DNA from: Fusobacteriota bacterium
GTDB taxonomy: Bacteria > Fusobacteriota > Fusobacteriia > Fusobacteriales > JBNJFI01
Assembly (NCBI GenBank): GCA_051746725.1
Contig: JBNJFI010000015.1
Location: 20,391 to 30,531 of the forward strand
Length of the DNA stretch: 10,141 bases
Direction of reading: 5' to 3'
A model generated the notes under the pieces. It worked only from the letters and a program-made list of their open reading frames with translations, did no database searches and had not been told where the DNA came from. Shown in pieces: positions 7,303 to 10,141 of the stretch (positions are counted from its first letter, which is position 1; each line of letters begins with the position of its first letter). The translations under genes were made by a program, and so were the position numbers.

Positions 7303-8022
7303 ATGAAGATTACAGGAGCTTATGGAGGGGCAAATTATCAAGTATTAGCTAATCAAAACAAGAGTAATGAGAGATTATCCAGTGGAAAGAGGATAAATAG
7401 TGCATCAGATGATGCTGCCGGATTATCTATTTCTCAAAAAATGGAATCTCAAGCTAAGGGATTAGGAGTAGAACTTAGAAATATTCAGACAGAAATGTCT
7501 TCTTATCAAGTACAAGACTCTGCTTTAGAGACTATTTCTAGAGATTTAAATCAATTAAATGAATTAGCAGTACAATATAACAATGGTACTTTGGCTGAAT
7601 CTGATAGAGAGGTACTACAAAATCAAGCCAATGAAATTTTAGAAAATATTAATACAGTTGCAAATGAAACTGAATTTAATGGACAGCAAGTTGTATCTGA
7701 ATTTAATGCAGAAGGGTTAAATTTAGAGGAGAATCCATTGGGAGAAGGTGCACTTAGAGCAATTGAGGATGCTTTTAACCAAATTGGTGAAGAGCGTGGT
7801 AATATCGGATCTGAAATAAATAGCTTAGAGAGTCAAACTTCTAGAATAATGGTAGCTCAAGAAAATAGCTTTGCAGCTAACTCTAGAATACAAGATGCGG
7901 ATATGTTAATGGAAACATTAAATAATACTAAGGCAAAAATAATGGATGAGACTAATCAGGCTGTAAATGCCCAGCAGATGAATATGTCACAAAATAGAAT
8001 AATGGATATATTAAAAGGGTGA
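7303..8022 (+). CDS. Short divergent flagellin-family protein (239 aa, essentially D0/D1 only)
   Basis: ERLSSGKRINSASDDAAGLSISQKM, ELAVQ..NGT, ETEFNG and ENSFAANSRIQDADM. Start revised from GTG 7294, which is part of the SD AAGGAGGTG, to ATG 7303 (6-nt spacer). Confidence 0.92.
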   Translation: MKITGAYGGANYQVLANQNKSNERLSSGKRINSASDDAAGLSISQKMESQAKGLGVELRNIQTEMSSYQVQDSALETISRDLNQLNELAVQYNNGTLAESDREVLQNQANEILENINTVANETEFNGQQVVSEFNAEGLNLEENPLGEGALRAIEDAFNQIGEERGNIGSEINSLESQTSRIMVAQENSFAANSRIQDADMLMETLNNTKAKIMDETNQAVNAQQMNMSQNRIMDILKG

Positions 8023-8045
8023 TTGAGAAGTCACTCTTTTTTTTT
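8013..8045 (+). terminator. Rho-independent terminator overlapping the flagellin-like stop codon
   Basis: AAAAGGGTGATT (8013-8024) / GAGA loop / AGTCACTCTTTT (8029-8040): a 12-bp stem with two G-U pairs and a GNRA tetraloop, with a T9 tract at 8037-8045. Confidence 0.85.
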
Positions 8046-8066
8046 GTTTAAAATAAAAAGGAAATT

Positions 8067-8089
8067 TAAATATATTTCGAATATATTTA
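8067..8089. repeat. Perfect 10-bp inverted repeat upstream of the diguanylate cyclase gene
   Basis: TAAATATATT-TCG-AATATATTTA, read directly from the sequence. Confidence 0.6.
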
Positions 8090-8120
8090 TAGGTTTTTTA
8101 AGACTTAGGAGGTGATAAAA

Positions 8121-10112
8121 GTGAAATTATCAAAATATACCCATAAAAAAATCTTAAAAATTATTGTGGTTTCATCTGCTATATTTATTATGACAATATT
8201 GATTTTTATATACTTATTATATTCTAATTCAAAAAAGGATGCTCTGAAAAAGAGAAATATTATAACAAAATTATTAGATAATGAAATTTATTCTGAAATG
8301 AAATTATTAAGATTAATACGGAAAGATCAGGAATTAAATCTATTTTTAGAAGAAGGGGTAATGATAGATCCTAGTTTTCAAAAAAAAAAATTTGGAGATG
8401 CATTATACTATCGTTATACTAAGAAAGCAATAGATAAGTATAGAATTATTTCTAATCAAATATATCATGTAGACGGATATGAAAAAAATAGAAGTCTTGA
8501 AATATATGATAAAAAATGGAAAAAAATCTTAGGCAATGAAGATTTAGGGCCTTTATCTTTTGGTGTTTTAGAAAATATAGATTTTAAACTTGATATAGGA
8601 GAACAGTATTTTTGGACACTTCACGGAAATGAGCTGTATGTAAGACTTTATGGGTTGTCTGAAAAAAGAGAACATGTTATAATATTAAATAGAAAGATTA
8701 CAGAAAAAAATATAATAAATTTGATACCCAAGGGTTTAAAAGTTAATTTGACAATAGATAGAGGCGATATATTAGAGCCTTGGAGTTTTAGAACTAGTCA
8801 AGTTAGTGGAAAGAACCTTTTAAAGGATATAAATTTACGAATAATTAATAATAAATTAACCTGGGTTTTAAAACAGCCTATGTATGATCAAAGGCAAAAT
8901 AAACTGGGGGATTTTCATTATTTAATTGAAACTAGTTTATTAAACTATATTTTTTATTTAATATTTGTAGGTTTAATTTTAAATTTTCTATTAATAATGA
9001 GTTTACTGAAATTATCAAAAGAAAATGGGGATTTATTAAACCAGGTAATTGAAAATCAAAAAAGGTTACTTGAAACTGGAGAAGTAGAGTATGTAACTGA
9101 TATTGAAGAAGAAAAAGAAATAATAGATAAAATAGAAGAGTATGTAAAAGTTGTAAAAAACCGTGAAGAGACCATAATGCAAAAAGTAAATAAAAAAACA
9201 GAGGAATTAGAAAAAGTAAATAAAGAAGTTGTTTGGGAAAATGACTTTTTTAAGGCTTTAACCAAAAAAGAAAATCAAGATGAAGTTATATCTTTTGCCT
9301 TTGATAAAGTTTCTGAAATTAAGAGGTTAGAAAAAATTGAATTTTATTTATTCCCACGGGAAATTGATAAAATTAGTAAAATAAAAATAGATGAGAGACG
9401 CGAAATAATTCATGAAGAGGTAGATGAGATAGGAGTAGATGAAATACAAGATGAAGATAGCGAAAGGCAGTTATTAAAGATAATAGAAAACCAGAGTATT
9501 TCTAAGGGAATAATACGATTGGTATTTAAAGAAAACGTAAAAGATTATGAAAGAACTAGATTAAAAAATATAATTTTAATTATTGCAATAATATTAAAAA
9601 GTATAGGTTTTTATAAAAATGCAATAAAGGACAAATTAACTGGGGTATATAATCGAACTTTGTTAGATGTATATACTAAAGAATTAGCAAAAAGAAAAAA
9701 AAGAAGAGGAGATAAATTTACGCTTCTAATGTTAGATATAGATCACTTCAAAGATATTAATGATAAATATGGACATATACTAGGAGATAAAGTTTTAAGA
9801 CATTTGGTTAAGAATATAGAAGGTGAGTTACGAGATATGGATATCATATTTAGATATGGGGGAGAAGAATTTATTATAATCTTACCAGAAACAAATCTCG
9901 AAGAAGGAAGAATAGTAGCTGAAAAAATAAGAAAGGTAATAGCTAGTCATCCAGTTAAAGTTGAAGGAGACGGCGAAATAAATTATACAATTAGCTTAGG
10001 TGTTGCAGAATTTGATTTAAAAAAACATGATTGCGTAAAAGATTTATTAAGTGATGTAGATGGAAAATTGTATTTAGCAAAGGAGTTAGGAAGAAATAAA
10101 GTTCAATATTAA
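8121..10112 (+). CDS. Membrane-bound sensor diguanylate cyclase (GGDEF domain)
   Basis: Two transmembrane segments flank a ~240-aa extracytoplasmic domain, followed by a coiled coil. DKLTGVYNR, LDIDHFKDINDKYGHILGD, RxxD I-site (RDMD, 9831-9842), GGEEF (9858-9872) and LYLAKELGRN. Start revised from GTG 8112 (inside SD AGGAGGTG, 8107-8114) to the in-frame GTG 8121, giving 663 aa. Confidence 0.94.
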   Translation: MKLSKYTHKKILKIIVVSSAIFIMTILIFIYLLYSNSKKDALKKRNIITKLLDNEIYSEMKLLRLIRKDQELNLFLEEGVMIDPSFQKKKFGDALYYRYTKKAIDKYRIISNQIYHVDGYEKNRSLEIYDKKWKKILGNEDLGPLSFGVLENIDFKLDIGEQYFWTLHGNELYVRLYGLSEKREHVIILNRKITEKNIINLIPKGLKVNLTIDRGDILEPWSFRTSQVSGKNLLKDINLRIINNKLTWVLKQPMYDQRQNKLGDFHYLIETSLLNYIFYLIFVGLILNFLLIMSLLKLSKENGDLLNQVIENQKRLLETGEVEYVTDIEEEKEIIDKIEEYVKVVKNREETIMQKVNKKTEELEKVNKEVVWENDFFKALTKKENQDEVISFAFDKVSEIKRLEKIEFYLFPREIDKISKIKIDERREIIHEEVDEIGVDEIQDEDSERQLLKIIENQSISKGIIRLVFKENVKDYERTRLKNIILIIAIILKSIGFYKNAIKDKLTGVYNRTLLDVYTKELAKRKKRRGDKFTLLMLDIDHFKDINDKYGHILGDKVLRHLVKNIEGELRDMDIIFRYGGEEFIIILPETNLEEGRIVAEKIRKVIASHPVKVEGDGEINYTISLGVAEFDLKKHDCVKDLLSDVDGKLYLAKELGRNKVQY

Positions 10113-10135
10113 TAAATATAGGAATATATCAAAAT

Positions 10136-10141
10136 AAGGAG
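10136..10141 (+). promoter_or_regulatory. Probable Shine-Dalgarno of the next gene, beyond the window
   Basis: AAGGAG at the window edge, 23 nt after the cyclase stop, with no terminator between. Confidence 0.5.

Noticed and set aside
7303..8022. FlgL (hook-associated protein 3) or a pseudogene as alternative readings of the flagellin-like gene
   Set aside because: DDAAGLSIS and SRIQDADM are flagellin-type rather than FlgL-type (SDDP). The ORF has both termini, a strong SD, a promoter and a terminator.
9056..9265. 69-aa minus-strand ORF
   Set aside because: Antisense shadow of the cyclase coiled-coil region.
1..10141. CRISPR array, IS/prophage/defence genes, tRNA, c-di-GMP riboswitch
   Set aside because: No spaced direct repeats and no transposase or integrase motifs. 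The largest intergenic gaps (81 and 98 nt) are accounted for by promoter, SD and terminator elements and lack riboswitch-like structure.

Overview
AT-rich bacterial chromosomal window with 11 tightly packed genes, all on the + strand. The left part is a housekeeping run: a 5'-truncated HD-domain protein with a LuxR-like HTH, TlyA rRNA methyltransferase, S41 carboxyl-terminal protease, RsmI, the RbgA/YlqF GTPase, a long FolP with a ~120-aa N-terminal extension, and an uncharacterised multi-pass membrane protein. The right part is a small flagellar/c-di-GMP module: fliS, a fliT-like gene, a very short (239 aa) divergent flagellin-like gene and a membrane-bound GGEEF diguanylate cyclase. The flagellin-like gene has its own sigma70-type promoter and an intrinsic terminator. 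No rRNA, tRNA, CRISPR array or mobile element was seen. Four points deserve most attention. (1) The minimal flagellin resembles a secreted FlaC-type protein more than a filament subunit. (2) fliS-fliT sit here without fliD, with a near-consensus sigma28 promoter inside the upstream membrane-protein gene. (3) The housekeeping proteins look Fusobacteriota-like from recalled similarity (not searched), and that phylum is generally described as non-flagellated. (4) FolP may be a bifunctional dihydropteroate synthase/reductase. All family calls come from motif recognition by eye; no database searches were run.
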